This document shows, one piece after another, positions 12,862 to 27,010 of a DNA stretch of 64,000 nucleotides. The translations under genes and the position numbers were made by a program. The notes below the pieces were generated by a model. That model had not been told where the DNA came from, made no database searches, and worked only from the letters and a program-made list of their open reading frames with translations. The first letter of the stretch is position 1. Each line of letters starts with the position of its first letter. This DNA comes from Octopus sinensis (lineage: Eukaryota): assembly GCF_006345805.1 (NCBI RefSeq), contig NC_043014.1, positions 30,194,001-30,258,000 on the forward strand, read 5' to 3'.

Positions 12862-14291
12862 TTCCTAACTTACATATTCCTAATAAAGAAGTTATCAGTA
12901 ATCACATAAGCAGCAATATAGACCAGGCCCGAAATAGAAGTAGAAGTAGATTCACGGTAACCGCAAATCTAGTGTACAAGCCCAATAATTCAAATAGAAG
13001 AAAAGACCAAAGCATAGGAAACTCGGATAAAATCGAATTAGATAAATCAAAGATGCACACAAATAATAGTAATAAGTACAATGACTTTGATAAGATGAAT
13101 AGTAATAATTCTACGAACCCTGATTCTAATTCAAGGAAATTTAATAAGAAAGATATAATATGGCTGAATATTCCTTTCAACTGTGCAATTCAATCGGATA
13201 TACAGAGCAAATTCAAAGTAATTCTAGAAAAAAATTTCCCAATCTCTCGTAGATATCATAGAATTATTTCTAAGAAAACAGTTAGGATTTCTTATTCAAC
13301 CCTCCCAAATATGTCCACTTTAATAGCTAAGATCAATAATAACAACATTAAACTAGCCAGGAAAGATAAAAATAAAAATAATAATACCAACATGAATACC
13401 AACAACAATTATAATAATACTACCAACAATAAACGCAACAATAGTAACTATCAAAACATGGATGGAATCAGTAACCACAGAATGACTAATAATAATATTA
13501 ACAGTAATAGGAGTAATAATAATATCGATATTAATAGAAGTAATAATGTTAATAATAGAAGTAAGGCTAATAGAGAAAATACAGAGAATGAAAATATCAG
13601 TGATATCTATAGCAACAATATACAGTTTGATAATAATACTAACAATAATAGTAACATTACCAATAATGTAAATAATCATGGTAGGACTTTAGACCTAAAA
13701 GATGGAGCAGAAGGATCAATAAATAATAATAATGCTTTAGGTAGCAGCACCAACTATAAAAATAATAATAATAATAATAAAGATAATTATACTCATGATA
13801 ATCAAAATAACAGGAACATAAGACATCTACCCATGAATAATCCAACATCTGAAGTTGTTCCTCCTGCGTGTAAGTGTAGAATTAAGTCAAAATGCCCGGC
13901 ACCTGGTCTATGCGGGGAAAATAACGTAATCTATAAATGTACCATATCTACTGAGAATAACAAATTTTTTTACATTGGTTGTACGATAAATTTTAAAGAC
14001 AGAGTTAAAAATCCCGTCTCATCTTTTAAATTACGTCATAAAGCTGGTACCACCACACTTTCAAGTAAGATCTGGGAACTCAAAAATAATAACAGGAATT
14101 ATAACCTTAATTGGGAAATAGTTAGGAGAGCAATGCCGTATAAAAATAACAGGGTTGGTTGCCAACTCTGCTCCATGGAGACCTATGAAATTCTAAGGCA
14201 TAGAAAAAATAGAGGTTTGTTAAATAACCATATTGAAGTAGGACAAGTTTGTGTCCACGCTAAATTGAAGACGCTAAAATATTTTAAATGA
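12862..14291 (+). mobile_element. 5'-truncated Penelope-like retroelement: RT C-terminal region, Asn-rich linker and GIY-YIG endonuclease
   Basis: ORF 12813-14291 (its first codons are antisense SINE sequence). Motifs KKDIIWLNIPF, KKTVRISYSTLPNM, CKCRIKSKCPAPGLC, VIYKCTI..FYIGCT..FKDR, LSSKIWELK and CQLCSMETYEI..CVH match the PLE C-terminal layout. Confidence 0.9.
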
Positions 14292-15084
14292 ATAACTGTA
14301 TAGAATAATCGTAACAAGATAGATAGATAGATATAGCTGGGTTTTTACTAGTATAGCATTACATTTAATTTTTAAGTAGATAACTGCGAGTTCTCACACT
14401 ATAGATATCTTTTTCTTTATAACTGCACCTGATTTTGAGCACAAGGAAATGAATAGTACTTGTACGTTGCTTAAATGAAGTTTTATTTATTTAATTTTTA
14501 AATCTTAACTTCTAATTTTGAATTTTGAATTTAATCTAAATTTAGGTAACACAACTTTAATAAAATAAGTTACTTAGGCTTCATAAATTTTTTTACAAAA
14601 TTAAATAAGTAAGGCTACTCCCTTGAAAAGTAGTATGAGAAATTTCAAAATAATAGATAATTCCATCACACCTTGTAAACTAATCTTCTAAGTTTTGACC
14701 TGTAGTCTGTCAATGTATAACTAGTAACGGCAACAATTTAAGACAGTAACAGGAATAAATAAACAAATAAATTTAAATGACCTCTTGTTAAGATTGCACT
14801 TAGATATTCTTTCTCTTAATGTATTTCCTTTTGATGATAGCCTTTGACCCCTCTACCCCTGACCTTGTTATCTCTTTAGATTCTCTTTAGATTCATATCT
14901 GCTTTCAACTACATCAGGTTGGCAATAAATAGCTGTTTTACTGGTCAAAAATAATATTCTCCTTATAGTTCCTGGATTCTTGCAAATTCAAGCCAGCCAG
15001 GCAGTCTACAAATTCTTCTGTGTAGTATGTCACTTTAGAACTCCCTTCCCTCAAAGTTGTCACAGTATACTCTATGTGGGCGTT

Positions 15085-15300
15085 TTTTCTTTTCTCCCTT
15101 CTTTCCCTTTTTTCTTTTTTCTTTCCCCTTTTTTCTTTTTCTTTTTCCTCTTTCTTTTTTCTTTTTTCTTTTTTCTTTTTCTTTTTTCTTTTTCTCTTTT
15201 CCTTTTTCCTTTTTCTTTTTTCTTTTTTCTTTTTCCTTTTTTCTTTTTCCCTTTCCTTGTCTCTTTTCTTCTCTTTCCTTTCTTTTCTTTTCTTTGCTCC
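15085..15300. repeat. ~215-bp almost pure pyrimidine tract, roughly (CTTTTT)n
   Basis: Direct reading. Confidence 0.95.
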
Positions 15301-15907
15301 ACAAAAAATTCCTTCAGCCTTTAGAAGTCATAACTTAGCAGTCTTGTGAAAGGAACAGTAATGTGGCAAATACCTTATCATATAGCATGAAATGATACCC
15401 ACCTCATTGCGGATTAACCATGGATAAATTCATCGTCTGTGAGTATGAAATTCCTCCTCATATCTCTGGAAATTTACATCTACACTATGGATTAATTCAC
15501 CTTCTCTGTGAAGCTAATAAGCTTTTTTTAAAAACCTGTGATAAGACTGTGCATCATCATTAAGGAACTTCGGAAATCTGTTTACAACCTAAATCTGCTT
15601 TTAATGAAATTATCTCCAATACTTCATGAGTATAGCCTCACCCACTAAGATGTTTGGAGAACTCATATGTATTTTAGCTGATGAGTATGGGACACTTTTA
15701 TCTGCTGCAATTTTTGTAACTTTTAATAAAGCCTCTCTTTGTATTAAACAATTGTACTAAAAACTAATCCATTCTTGTTGCTTCTTTCTCGTTTATAATC
15801 ACCCCACATTACTGTATGGTTAACACCATATAGTTTTCTGGTGCATCTAAGTTAAGTACCACATTCAAGTAAATTCATTGAAATTGACTTGAATCTTAAT
15901 TGCTTTT

Positions 15908-15949
<42 letters not shown>

Positions 15950-16195
15950 GAAATGAGGTACTCCGAAGATCAGATGGTTTATATTTACAGATATTTATTT
16001 ATAAATTACATTTTATATATATATATCATATCACTTAGATCATTAGCGATTTCTCCCATTTATGTCTCTTTATCTTTTATTAAACTTTTAATACTTTTGA
16101 TATATATTTAAAATAATATAAATTAATTAATTTTATGTATTGGCTTATGTTTTTCATTGTTTGATTTGCCTAATAGTGGTTTTATCTCTAATTTA

Positions 16196-16253
<58 letters not shown>

Positions 16254-16308
16254 CACACACACACACAGAAATGGGAAAACAGCAATTGTGGGCCACCAGG
16301 ATACTTAC

Positions 16309-16435
16309 ATACTGAAGAAAAGCATGTAACTGAGGATAACTCTTAGGATCATTTGTAGCAGCAAACAATGGCTCGAAGATATTCTCTAAGATCTGTTGGA
16401 AGTTGCTCACTAACTTGTTGGAACGATACACATCA
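16309..16435 (-). CDS. AMPD2: AMP deaminase exon (DVYRSNKLVSNFQQILENIFEPLFAATNDPKSYPQLHAFLQY)
   Basis: Acceptor tctcttcaAG, donor TAT|GTAAGT. 127 nt, phase 2 to 0. Matches NF..L.NIF.PLF.AT..P...P.LH.FL. Confidence 0.96.
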
Positions 16436-17469
16436 CTTGAAGAGAGGAAAAAGAAAAAAACACAAAGAATATACTATTAAAGTATACACAATGAGAACAT
16501 GTGGTTTTGAAATATATGCCATCAATTGGAATGTATACCATTATTATATACACATTTAATGTATATACCATTGTTATCGTCATCATCGTCGTCATCGTTG
16601 TCATCATTATTCATCATCATTATTTAACATTTATTTTCCATACTGGCATGAGTTGGATGGTTTGACAGGAGCTCAATTATTTACTTTGGCAAGGTTTCTA
16701 TAACTCGATGCCCTTCCTAACACCAACCAATTTACGGAGTGTACTGGGTGCTTTTTACGTGGCAGCAGTGAGGTCATCAAGTAACTTGCAAGACATGACT
16801 CCTCAACTGAGTGGGGAGTAGTAGTAAGGAGGTGGCTTAGTGCCAGGTGATGGGAGGTTAGAGTATGAACAGAGGGACAGAAACAGGTATTTTGCTGTAG
16901 AGGAGATGCATGGCTACCTTAGCTGGAAAAGAAAAAGGGAAGAGAGAGAGAGAGAGGTGGTGAAGATGTGTTGGGTGTACCCCAAAGATAGACGCAGAGA
17001 AATGTAAGCACAGTGGTATGGGAGATTGGATAGGGTAAGTGGGCTGGTAAGTTTGTGAATAAAACTACTGAATAATAATAATAACAACAACAATAATAAT
17101 AATAATAATAATAATAATGATAACAATAATAATAAACATATATTACTTCTGTATACCCTTCTCAGATCCATTTGATCCTCTTACATTTTTCTTTCTATGG
17201 TTGGTGTGGTATTGAACTTAGAGGGCTCAAGTTGGGGCTGTTCCCATTCAAGTGACCATCCAGGTTCATATTCAGAGAAGAGTTTGTGCCAGTGGATGAC
17301 TTTTTGACCCCAAGCTGGCTCTTTCCTGGGAGACATGCTTCTAGATTAACTGTAGGACAAGCAATTTGGTGTGGTCGTAGTTTTCCTTTTTGCTTCATTA
17401 GACATATTTGTGCTACATTAAAATTATTAGTATTGAGCTCTGTGTGACAAATGTAGAGACAGTTGTTGT

Positions 17470-19160
17470 CTCTGCTACGATTGTCAACTCCACCAGTGAT
17501 GACATTGGGATGGAATTTGGTCTTGATAAATGTGCCAAAGCTACTTCCCAGAAAGGGAAATTGTTGACCTGACATTCAATGGTGTTAGATGTTGACATGG
17601 TTATAAAAGAACTCAAGCAGGAATAAACTTACAAATACCTTGGAATAAATGAGGGCTCTGGCACCCAGCATGCAAGTATGAAAGAGAACATGAGGAAGAA
17701 ATATTCCAGGGGAGTTCAAGCAGCCCTAAAACCCAAGTTAAATGCATGTAACAAGGTGTTAGCTATAAATTCCTTAGCAGTTCTAGTTGTTATTTACAAT
17801 TTCAATGTGTTGAACTGGAGTGTGAGCAAAATAAGGAAAGCTGACAGGAAAATCCATAAGCTGCTGACTTGCAATAAGATGCACCACCCAAAGGCAAATG
17901 CAGATCATCTTTATTTTCCCAGAGCTCGAGGAGGTCAAGGCTTGATCCAATTTGAAATCTCTTACAAAACAAACACAATTGGACTGGCCAAATACCCTGA
18001 AACATCGAATGACTGGATGCTAAAACTCGTTGAAAACCATGGTAGACATGAGAAGCTTCATTCTGTAATGAAGGAGAGCAAAAAATTTGCTGGTATGTTC
18101 ATGCATAATACCCAGGTTGAACAGCATGATGGAAGTGCAGCAACTGTAGTTGCAAAAGAAGTGAAATCAATAGCAAAGCAAAATGAACAATTGGCTGATA
18201 TGTGGGAGAAAAAACTTCTGCATGGCAAATATGTGGTCCATAGCAAACAAGCTGATGTAGATCAGAAGCACACCCATCAATGGCTACAAAGCTCAGGGCT
18301 AAAGGCAGAGAGAAAAAAGTTTTATCTTGGCTGCTTAAGAGCAGAGCTTACTGATCTGAACCTGTCAAGCTAATGTAATGGAAAAGGGAGTAGACTCAAA
18401 GTACCAATACTGCAATGATGGGATTGAAACAGTGGAGCACCTAATCTCAGGGTGTGAGGTTTTAGCACCTGTAGAGTATAAATCAAGACATGACAGAGTT
18501 GGCCAATATCTACACCGGATAATATGTCAGCATTATAAAATCAAAACTGCTGGCAAATGGTACAAGCACCACCTTGAGGGAGAAAATGTAATGATTCTTT
18601 GGGACTTTCCAGTATGTACTGACCAGACCATCAAAGCTAATAAACAATTATTTTTGTGAAAGACAAAAACAGTAAAGTTTGTTTATTGACTGACATGAGC
18701 ATACCCTGTGATCATAATATCTTGGCAAAAAGAATTGGATAAGCTCAGAAAATAGAAAGATTTGCTAATGAAAATCAAAAAGATGTGGTATCTCAAGGCG
18801 GTTACAATACCAGTGATTGTAGGAGTACTTGGAATGATTAAAAAAGGAACTGAAAATTATTTGAGGGTGATTCCTGGCTTACCATCCATGCAGGAAGTGC
18901 AAAAGATTGTCTTAACTGGTACGTCACACATATTAAGAAGAACATTGTCGCTTTGAATTTTCTTTCCCTTTTTTCCATTTATGTTCTTTATTTTTTTTCC
19001 TTTTTCTCCATCTTTCTTCCCTTTTTCTTTATCACGTGACTGAATAAATGAACAATCTGGTGTGTTTATTTTAATGGCCTATCAATGTGTACAGTGAGTT
19101 TCTCTGCCCTAGGTGTCAGGAAGTTACTTGGCAAGAAATGGAAACAGAATTGAAAGATGA
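17470..19160 (+). mobile_element. Degraded R4/Dong-clade retrotransposon, same family as 43600-45330
   Basis: Fragmented ORFs 17678-18373, 18378-18659 and 18762-18956 have the same motifs (DDIGMEFGLDKCAK, HHPKA..DHLYFPR..GGQGL, ETVEHLISGC, RHDRV, IPVIVGVLG). Ends in (GAT)n. Confidence 0.88.
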
Positions 19161-19199
19161 TGATGTTGATGATGATGATGATAAGTGCCCCACCTGCAA

Positions 19200-20290
19200 A
19201 GTCACGCACTGTTTATCCTGATATGAGATCACCATGCCATGCACATATTATTGTCATGCAGGGGGAAGAGGTGTGATGGGATGCGAACACAGCATTAGAG
19301 CAGAAGAAAACAACATACCATGGTATATAAAAAATGCCACAGAACCACTATTATTGGAAGTAAGAAGGTCAGCCTTGTATAGGATGGAAGATTGCAAAGA
19401 TAAAGCACTGTACAAGTACTTGAGAATTAATGAAACTGAAAATAGGTGGATAAAGAAAATAATGCATGTACAATTTCAGAAGGATTTTGAAGATAAGACA
19501 GACAGAGAAAAAAGATGGCTATGGATGACTAAAAGTGATTTAAAACCAGAAACAGAGGCTCTAATCTGTGCTGCCCAAGAGCAAGCACTAAGAATGAATT
19601 ACATCAAATACAGAATAGACAACATATCAGAAAGTGATAAGTGCAGAATCTGAGGACAAAATGGTGAAATCGTATGACATATTACCAGTCAATGTATGCC
19701 ACTAGCCCAGAAAGAATATAAGAGACTTCATGACAATATAGCAAGGATTGTCCATTGGACACTTTGCAACAAGTATGGACTTGACAAAGCAAAAAAGTAG
19801 TACGAGCATAAACCTGAAGGCATCATCGAAAATGATAATGCAAAGATCCTATGGGATTTTATGATTCAGTGTGACCATGAGACAGAGAATAAGAAGCCAG
19901 ACATAGTGTTAATTGAGAAAGAAAGCAAACGATGCTGGATCATAGATATAGCACGCCCAGCTGACAAGAAGGTATGCAGTAAGGAAGAAAGAAAAGATGA
20001 TAGCTATGACAGGTTAGCATGGGAGGGTAAGTAGTTGTGGTCGATGAAAAAGTAGGTAGTAGTACCAATAATTGTCGGAACCCTGGGAACAGTGAGTAAA
20101 AATCTTGAGAAGTACATGGAACAAATAGAGGCTGCAATAAGCATGGAGCACTTGCAGAAAACAGCACTGCCTGGAACAGCTCGAATACTCTGGATGCTGC
20201 TCGGAAAATAAGGGGTGTTACCTTAGTTCACTGGCACCATAGTACGTCTCCAGCATTAAAAGCTGTGCAGAGACAATAAATAATAATAAC
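19200..20290 (+). mobile_element. Second R4/Dong-clade subfamily, degraded 3' portion
   Basis: ORF 19234-19653 (GGRG..., WMTKSDLKPETEALICAAQEQALRMNY, KCRI), followed by ILWDFMIQCDH...KPDIVLIEK-like codons. Ends in a (TAA)-like tail. Confidence 0.82.
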
Positions 20291-21099
20291 TAATGACAGT
20301 TCCAAATGTATGATCTTTACAAAGAATTTACAAATGAAGAATGAATTAGGGACTCTTTGTTGCTGTAACTAGTGGAACTTGATTTATGATCTCCACATAA
20401 GACTTTGAAGGAATTTCATTAGCTGAATCTAGGCTGTCACTTCTCATCTCAGTTAAGTAAAATAACAGTTCATTGATTTTACCACTGGAGGCTTACAAGG
20501 AACATGCTAGAGATCAATTTTATAGTCAAAGTTCAATTGGAGCAGTGTTATTAAACTGAAATACTAACAAAAACAAGTCAGATGAATTGTAGATTTGCTT
20601 AGCTCTAGTCACATGATTTCAGGGTAAATTACAGAAAACCAATCTGAATTATCATGTTTTGAAAAGGCCAGAGAATTAATTGCAATCAACAATTACATTG
20701 ACAATTTCAAAGCAGTAACACTCATCTTAAGGAGTCTGCAAAATTCATGAGTGCTGCTAAGCTATAAATATTTTTTTGAAAGTGCTTCAGGGCTCAAAAT
20801 AATATTGACAACATTTCAACAATAGTGATGATAATGCTCTGAATCTTACTGAGATATATTGGTTAACAACTGTCTATAAGTGCTGAAACTGATTGGCAGA
20901 ACACCCAGAATGCTGCAAAGGACCTTAATGTTAAACATTTTACTCAGACTTATAGTTATGTTCCAAAAGATGAAGTTTCTTTTGTAACATTTCTCTTATT
21001 GTAATTGTTTCAAATTGAATCCCGTATAATGATAAATTTTTTCTCTTTTTGGTAAATATGGTGGAAGGGGCAGTACTCGTGGCTTTCACAAGGCTTTTA

Positions 21100-21700
21100 A
21101 GTCTGGTGTAATTGATACCATTACTGCCCTGTTGCAAGTCAGTGGCTGCAGGATATACATGTGCAGAAAGAGAATTCCAGAGAGTCAGCATTCTATGGAG
21201 AAGGGACTAGACATAGTGGTTTGTGTGGTGCCTGAGAAATTGCACACAGTATGGGTGATGAGAAGAGAAGAAAGAGTAAATTGGTAGTGCCTGAGTGGAG
21301 TGACATGAGACTAACCAGGAGCAAAGACTGTCGTAGTAAACATAGAAGAAAAATATACAGAGAGAGGAGGCAGCATGTATGTAGATCAGAGGCTGGATCA
21401 TGTCTGAGGGAATTTTTGCTAATCAGTTGTGTAACCTTCTCTGATGTGGCCAAAGATTTTTCTGTATGTAGTAGCAGCACCATCCTAGATGTAGAAACAG
21501 TACTCCATTGTGAATCTCCTCCAAGATTTGTGGGACATTAATTGTTGAGGACTGAAGTACTTTCTGACTCTGAAGGGAAAGACCAGACTTTGAGCTGCAA
21601 TACTAAGTGTTAAGGACATGTATTTACCATCAGAGATTCTCAGAATTGTGATGTTTATCTTTTGAAGCAATTGCAATAACTCTAGTTGTGTGCTGCTGAC
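21100..21700 (-). mobile_element. Degraded CR1/L2-superclade LINE 3' region
   Basis: Broken frames give LSIAAQSLVFPFRVRKYFSP...MEYCFYI, SLRH..., SSHHPYCVQFLRHHTNHY and TLWNSLSAHVYP. Confidence 0.65.
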
Positions 21701-22574
21701 GTTTAAGAGGCGAGGTTCAATGATGTTTGGATGATTTGAGCAGAACTGGCGTTCTTACCATTTTATTTTTTTCTATTTTGATTTGATCTTCACAATGACA
21801 AACTACTCAAGGTCTCTGTTCATAAAGTCAATGCAGATTTAGCAAGAGGCATATAAGTTACATATGGATAAGTTTGAATACAAAAGGAATGAAGGGCGGA
21901 TATCATCAGTGTAAAAGTAAGCATTGTTGAACATGATGACAAATAGGTCCTTGATGAGAAAAGGAAAAAGGGGTAGAACAGAAAATATGAGATCTGATAC
22001 AAAATGGATCTGAAAGTTTTCTATCAGTGCAGGCCACAATAAGTTACCAAATCATGAGATAAAAGATGGATGAAAACTGTAGGCAGATATTTTGACAAGA
22101 GATTTGCTTGCTGGACACAATTAAAAGTGAAGCTGATGTTGAGAGAAATAACATTACTTTCACCAAATTTCCTTGATACAAGAGCCCACGGGTGAGAAAC
22201 ATAGAGAGTAGTCCTACAACAAATCAAATTTTACAAGATTGTACAAGTGGTCAATAAAAAGAAAGTCAGAAATTCAGAAATGTTATTGTTAATGGGTGTC
22301 TCCATTACTTTTGAGATATTTAAAGGTAAGTGCTATAGGACAATAACTAGCAGAATCAGAAGAGTTGTTTTTCTTTAGAATGGGATACGCTGTAGTAGAA
22401 GGTACATTGGATAATTTAGCAATTTATACAAAAAAAAGTTGGGAAGGCTACAAACAGAACACCTTTTATTATAGATATTCTATCTGTGACTAAGAGTTAA
22501 ACAATAACAGTATCATGATTAAGAAACCCCCCAAAAAATTAGGCCATAGAGTCACAAAAGTTATTGATACTTAC

Positions 22575-22738
22575 TATAATCTTGGAATTTGGATTAACCA
22601 ACGAACATTATCTGAATGGACTTGGTTGACCACAGCCCATTTGGCTAGTTTCTCCCATTCTTGTTTAGAACGGCCATATATAGACAAACGGCATTCGGCA
22701 TTTTGATATTTGCTCTCCTCCAAATCACTCATCACTTC
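22575..22738 (-). CDS. AMPD2: AMP deaminase exon ([36 protein letters not shown]...[10 protein letters not shown])
   Basis: Acceptor tttttgcAG, donor TTATA|GTAAGT. 164 nt, phase 0 to 2. Hallmark [15 protein letters not shown] and VRWLIQ.PRL. Confidence 0.97.
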
Positions 22739-23475
22739 CTGCAAAAAGAAACATGTGAATGTTTGATATATTTATCATAGCATGAGATTATAATGGCAAT
22801 AATTATTTCCAGTTAAGTCAGATACAGAGAACAAATATAGAGAACTGGATTTATAGATATATATAATCCAATTTGCATATTTGGATAACTTTGTATGAAG
22901 TAGGGAGAAGAGAATCTTGATATATTGAGTAAAGACCCACATCGGAGAAAGAAAATCATTTCCCTACTGAATTTACAAATGCTTTTTGTCTCCTTTTGGA
23001 TGGAAGCTCTCATGACATCATTTATTTTCCATTTTTACTTTGAACAGATATTGTTTAAGCAGCAGTGCTGAGAAAGAGTCAAGCCTCCTCTAACATGTTT
23101 CTACTTCAACTTAAATAAAGCACTCAATTGCAAGTTAGGATATAGTTATGTATTTATTCCAAGTGAATTTGTAGTGAATTTGTAGTGAATTTGTAGTCAT
23201 TACACTGACTAGTCTCACGAAACTCAAGTTAGTATTCAACACTTTCAGTGAGAATATATAGATATAACTTTATACAATCTTCCATGTATATAAATGTATT
23301 TATAACTGTTAATATTCAAGCAGCCCCAAAGGCTACCAAATTCATCCAACTACAAAATTTTGGCCTTAAAGGTATAACTTCTCTTCCTTCTTTCTCTTAA
23401 ATGTTTAATATTTTAGTCATAATCCTTTAATATGAAAATTTATGAAAAGATGTTCCCAAATCGCCCAAGTATTTC

Positions 23476-23895
23476 AAGTGGCTGTGTGGTAAGTAGCTTG
23501 TTTACCAACCACATGGTTCCGGGTTCAGTCCCACTGCGTGGCACCTTGGGCAAGTGTCTTCTACTATAGCCTCGGGCCAACCAAAGCCTTGTGAGTGGAT
23601 TTGGTAGACGGAAACTGAAAGAAGCCCGTCGTATATATGTATATATATATATATATAAATATATGCGTGTGTGTGTTTGTGTGAGTGTGTTTGTCCCCCT
23701 AGCATTGCTTGACAACCGATGCTGGTGTGTTTATGTCCCCGTTACTCAGCGGTTCGGCAAAAGAGACCGATAAAATAAGTACTGGGCTTACAAAAGAATA
23801 AGTCCCAGGGTTGAGTGGCTTGATTAAAGGCAGTGCTCCAGCATGGCCGCAGTCAAATGACTGAAACAAGTAAAAGAGTAAAGAGTAAAAGAGTA
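23476..23895 (+). mobile_element. SINE family A copy
   Basis: Near full length with (TAAAAGAG)n tail. Confidence 0.85.
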
Positions 23896-24081
23896 TTCTT
23901 TTTCCCTAAACAATATTATCAATCAAATTGTAAATCCACATATTGTAGAGTTCTTTCCCTTCCAACCTGAGTGAAAGTTGAAATAACCATGAAGTTCTCA
24001 GATGGTACAATCCCTATCCCCACACATGTATACATACCCTTCTCTCTCATATAATTTTTTTAAAGAAAGCATTAGGCTTAC

Positions 24082-24213
24082 CTTTATCACATTTGCAAAG
24101 TATTTGCCCCCGATGTGATTGTCAGTTTTAATAAAAATTTCACGTAATTCACTTTGGCCAATCGGGTTGTATTTGGCATTGAATTTGTCAAATCGATGGA
24201 AAGTGTTTCGATC
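24082..24213 (-). CDS. AMPD2: AMP deaminase exon ([44 protein letters not shown])
   Basis: Acceptor cattttAG, donor AAG|GTAAGC. 132 nt, phase 0 to 0. Contains the hallmark [12 protein letters not shown]. Confidence 0.97.
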
Positions 24214-25615
24214 CTAAAATGAAGCAGAGAGAAAATGAAAATGCTGGGGGTGGTTTCCTTGCAACTAAAGCAATGCAACATCACACTTAACAAAATCAGT
24301 TATAACTTCATACTAATGATTTTGGTACTCACATTTTAGTACTTATGATTTTGGTAATTATATCTTAGTACTAATATTCTCATACTCACATCTTAGAACT
24401 TGTAATTTTTGGTACATTAGTACTAGTCACTTTGATACCTAGTCATACTGCTAAGGATTTGGGATATATACAACTTAATGCAAGTAATTGTGGAGCTTAT
24501 ACCTTAGTGCTAAATCTTTAATAAAATGTATTCCAGCAATGACCATCCTATCATTATGTCAAACATAATGTATCAGGGACTACATTATACAATGTGCCTT
24601 TTTTTTTTTTTTAATGGTAGGATGTGATTGGAGGGAGAACTGACTGCTATTTATAGCACATAGAGGCTCTCTTGTTGGCTCCAATAAGCACCAGTAATAT
24701 ACTGATATTTGATTCAATCAATGATAGCCCACCGCTACAAACCTGTAGCCCTGTAGCAATGTAATAAATCAATATTAACACTATAAGTTGACTGAAGTGT
24801 AGTAATTGAATTTTATGTCTCAATGAATGACACCACATCTTTAAGTGTCAGTGCTCAGTCCAGTATCTGTTAAGTTGTTGTTAATCCCAGCTTAGCCCTG
24901 ACACACCAAACCCATGACGAAAGGTGTTGAAGGTATGACTGTTCTATCATACTCAGACATTGTATACCTAGGACTACATTATCCAATGTGTCACTCTTTT
25001 TTCAAGATGATAGGGCTTGATATGAAGGAAGAGATTTGGCAACTATTTCTAGCAAATTGACTGAATAAATAACTACATTATTGGTTTAAAGGGTCTGTTA
25101 TTATCATGATATCTTCATAGTTCACATGAACAGAAATGTTAATTAATAACATTAATTAATAAATTGGTGCTATTAACCTACTATAATAGAGCAATGAAGT
25201 TGTTCAAGACAGGCATAAGACTAAATGCTTTGCTGTATTTTGTTTTAACTTCCTAACTCAGTTCAAACCCTACTGACATCAACTTCATGTCACTTCATTT
25301 CTCTGGCATCAATAAATTACATACCAATAACATACTATGGTTGAGTCTGTTGATTATAACCTCTCCTTTTATCAAATTAATTTTTGATGCAATATTATAC
25401 CAAAACCCTGTAAACAACTAAATGCAACCATGTTAATTGCACATGCACATACACACACACACACACATATATATATACTCTGGGGAGTTATTAGTGCTAG
25501 GAAGGGCATCCAGCCATAAAAACCATGCTAAAACAGGCACAGAAGGCTCCTATCTGGTCACCTCCTGTCAAACTGTCCAACTCATGCCATCATGGAAGGG
25601 GGATGTTAAATGATA

Positions 25616-25647
<32 letters not shown>

Positions 25648-25653
25648 ACTTAC

Positions 25654-25716
25654 TGCATGAACATCAAGCATGTCCACATTGAGCTCATATGTATTGATTC
25701 CAAGACTATCAAACAC
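25654..25716 (-). CDS. AMPD2: AMP deaminase exon (VFDSLGINTYELNVDMLDVHA)
   Basis: Acceptor tcttccacAG, donor GCA|GTAAGT. 63 nt, phase 0 to 0. Matches the AMPD [21 protein letters not shown] segment. Confidence 0.95.
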
Positions 25717-26701
25717 CTGTGGAAGACAACCAATGTCATGTTTATATTAAGTTATTCATTTCACTTTCACATCAAAAACTTAATTAAACAGCAATCAAAT
25801 CTGATAAATACTGAACATATTTACTAAGTTTTTAACTATAGTACAGCTGTAAAGTGCTTGAGCAACTGAGATGATATTTACTGAGTAATACTGCAAAGAA
25901 ATGAAACCATGCCAAACATGCAAATTTGTAATTTTTTTCCACATTAGATTTATTCTACATGTCAACTATGTTGAAATAAGGAAACATTACGACTTCATAA
26001 TTGAGCTAAAAGAGCAGCTAAGTTAAATTGTGGAACAACTCTGAAGTCACCAGTCATTTTGAAAGGTCTAAAAGTGAGGCCCTTATAGTAAATATATCAT
26101 CCACACTGTATGATAAATAACAAATAGTACACTAAACACTAAACAGAGTGTTATACACACTAGATATCAGTAAATTTTGTATGCATTTTGGTATATTAGT
26201 GTATGTGTGTATGGATGTGTATCCATGGTTGCGCCTACCTGTATAAACTGGTGTAAATACATTGTCGTAGTTAGGTCCATCAAAGGGAACTAACTCTATA
26301 AAGGGACATAACTCAGTAATGCATATTAAATAGAGTTAGATAAAATGAATGCCAAACTATAGTGGTAGGGAGATATATTTTAGTAAAACCCTTGAAAGCA
26401 ATGCCCCTGCCCAAATATAGCCACAGACTGATGCATGGAACCAGTAAAATAATAAAAAAATAAACTCTGCATGTTTGTGTGGAAAATTATCCTTTCTTAC
26501 TATAGGAATACTGCTTGAAATTTTTGTGGAAGGGGCTAATCAATTAAATCAACCCCAGTACTTAACTAATACTTATTTTATTGACCCGAAAGGAAGAAAT
26601 GTAAAGTCGACCCTGGCAGAATTTGAACTCAGAACATAAAGACAAACAAAATGCCACTAAGCATTTTGTCCGGCATGCTAACGATTCTACCCACTCACCA
26701 C

Positions 26702-26747
<46 letters not shown>

Positions 26748-27010
26748 TATAAATTATATCAGAAAGAAGAGTTCTAAGTTTGGTTAATTGGTCCTGAAAA
26801 TAATTAGTTAGTGATTCCCGGTACATTTATTTCTCTTGTCTTCTTTCCACTTGAATCAAGAAGTTTTGCTCAAATGTATAGATGATCTAGAAATCAAACT
26901 AGAGCAACTGTTGCTACGGCTGTGGCTGCTGCAGCTGCTGTTGCTGCTGCTGTTAGCAACAGGGGAGTTACCGAGATTTTGTATAACCTTTAACAAACCA
27001 ATTGTATAAC

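Noticed and set aside
14292-15000. Expected terminal-repeat hammerhead downstream of the Penelope ORF
   Set aside because: Only partial words (CTGAT..., GAAA) were found, without correct spacing or stems.
26890-26965. GCT/GCA-rich tract that could encode poly-Ala/Gln
   Set aside because: It lies just inside an intron in the middle of the conserved catalytic domain, the flanking exons already join in frame, and there is no acceptor; treated as a microsatellite.
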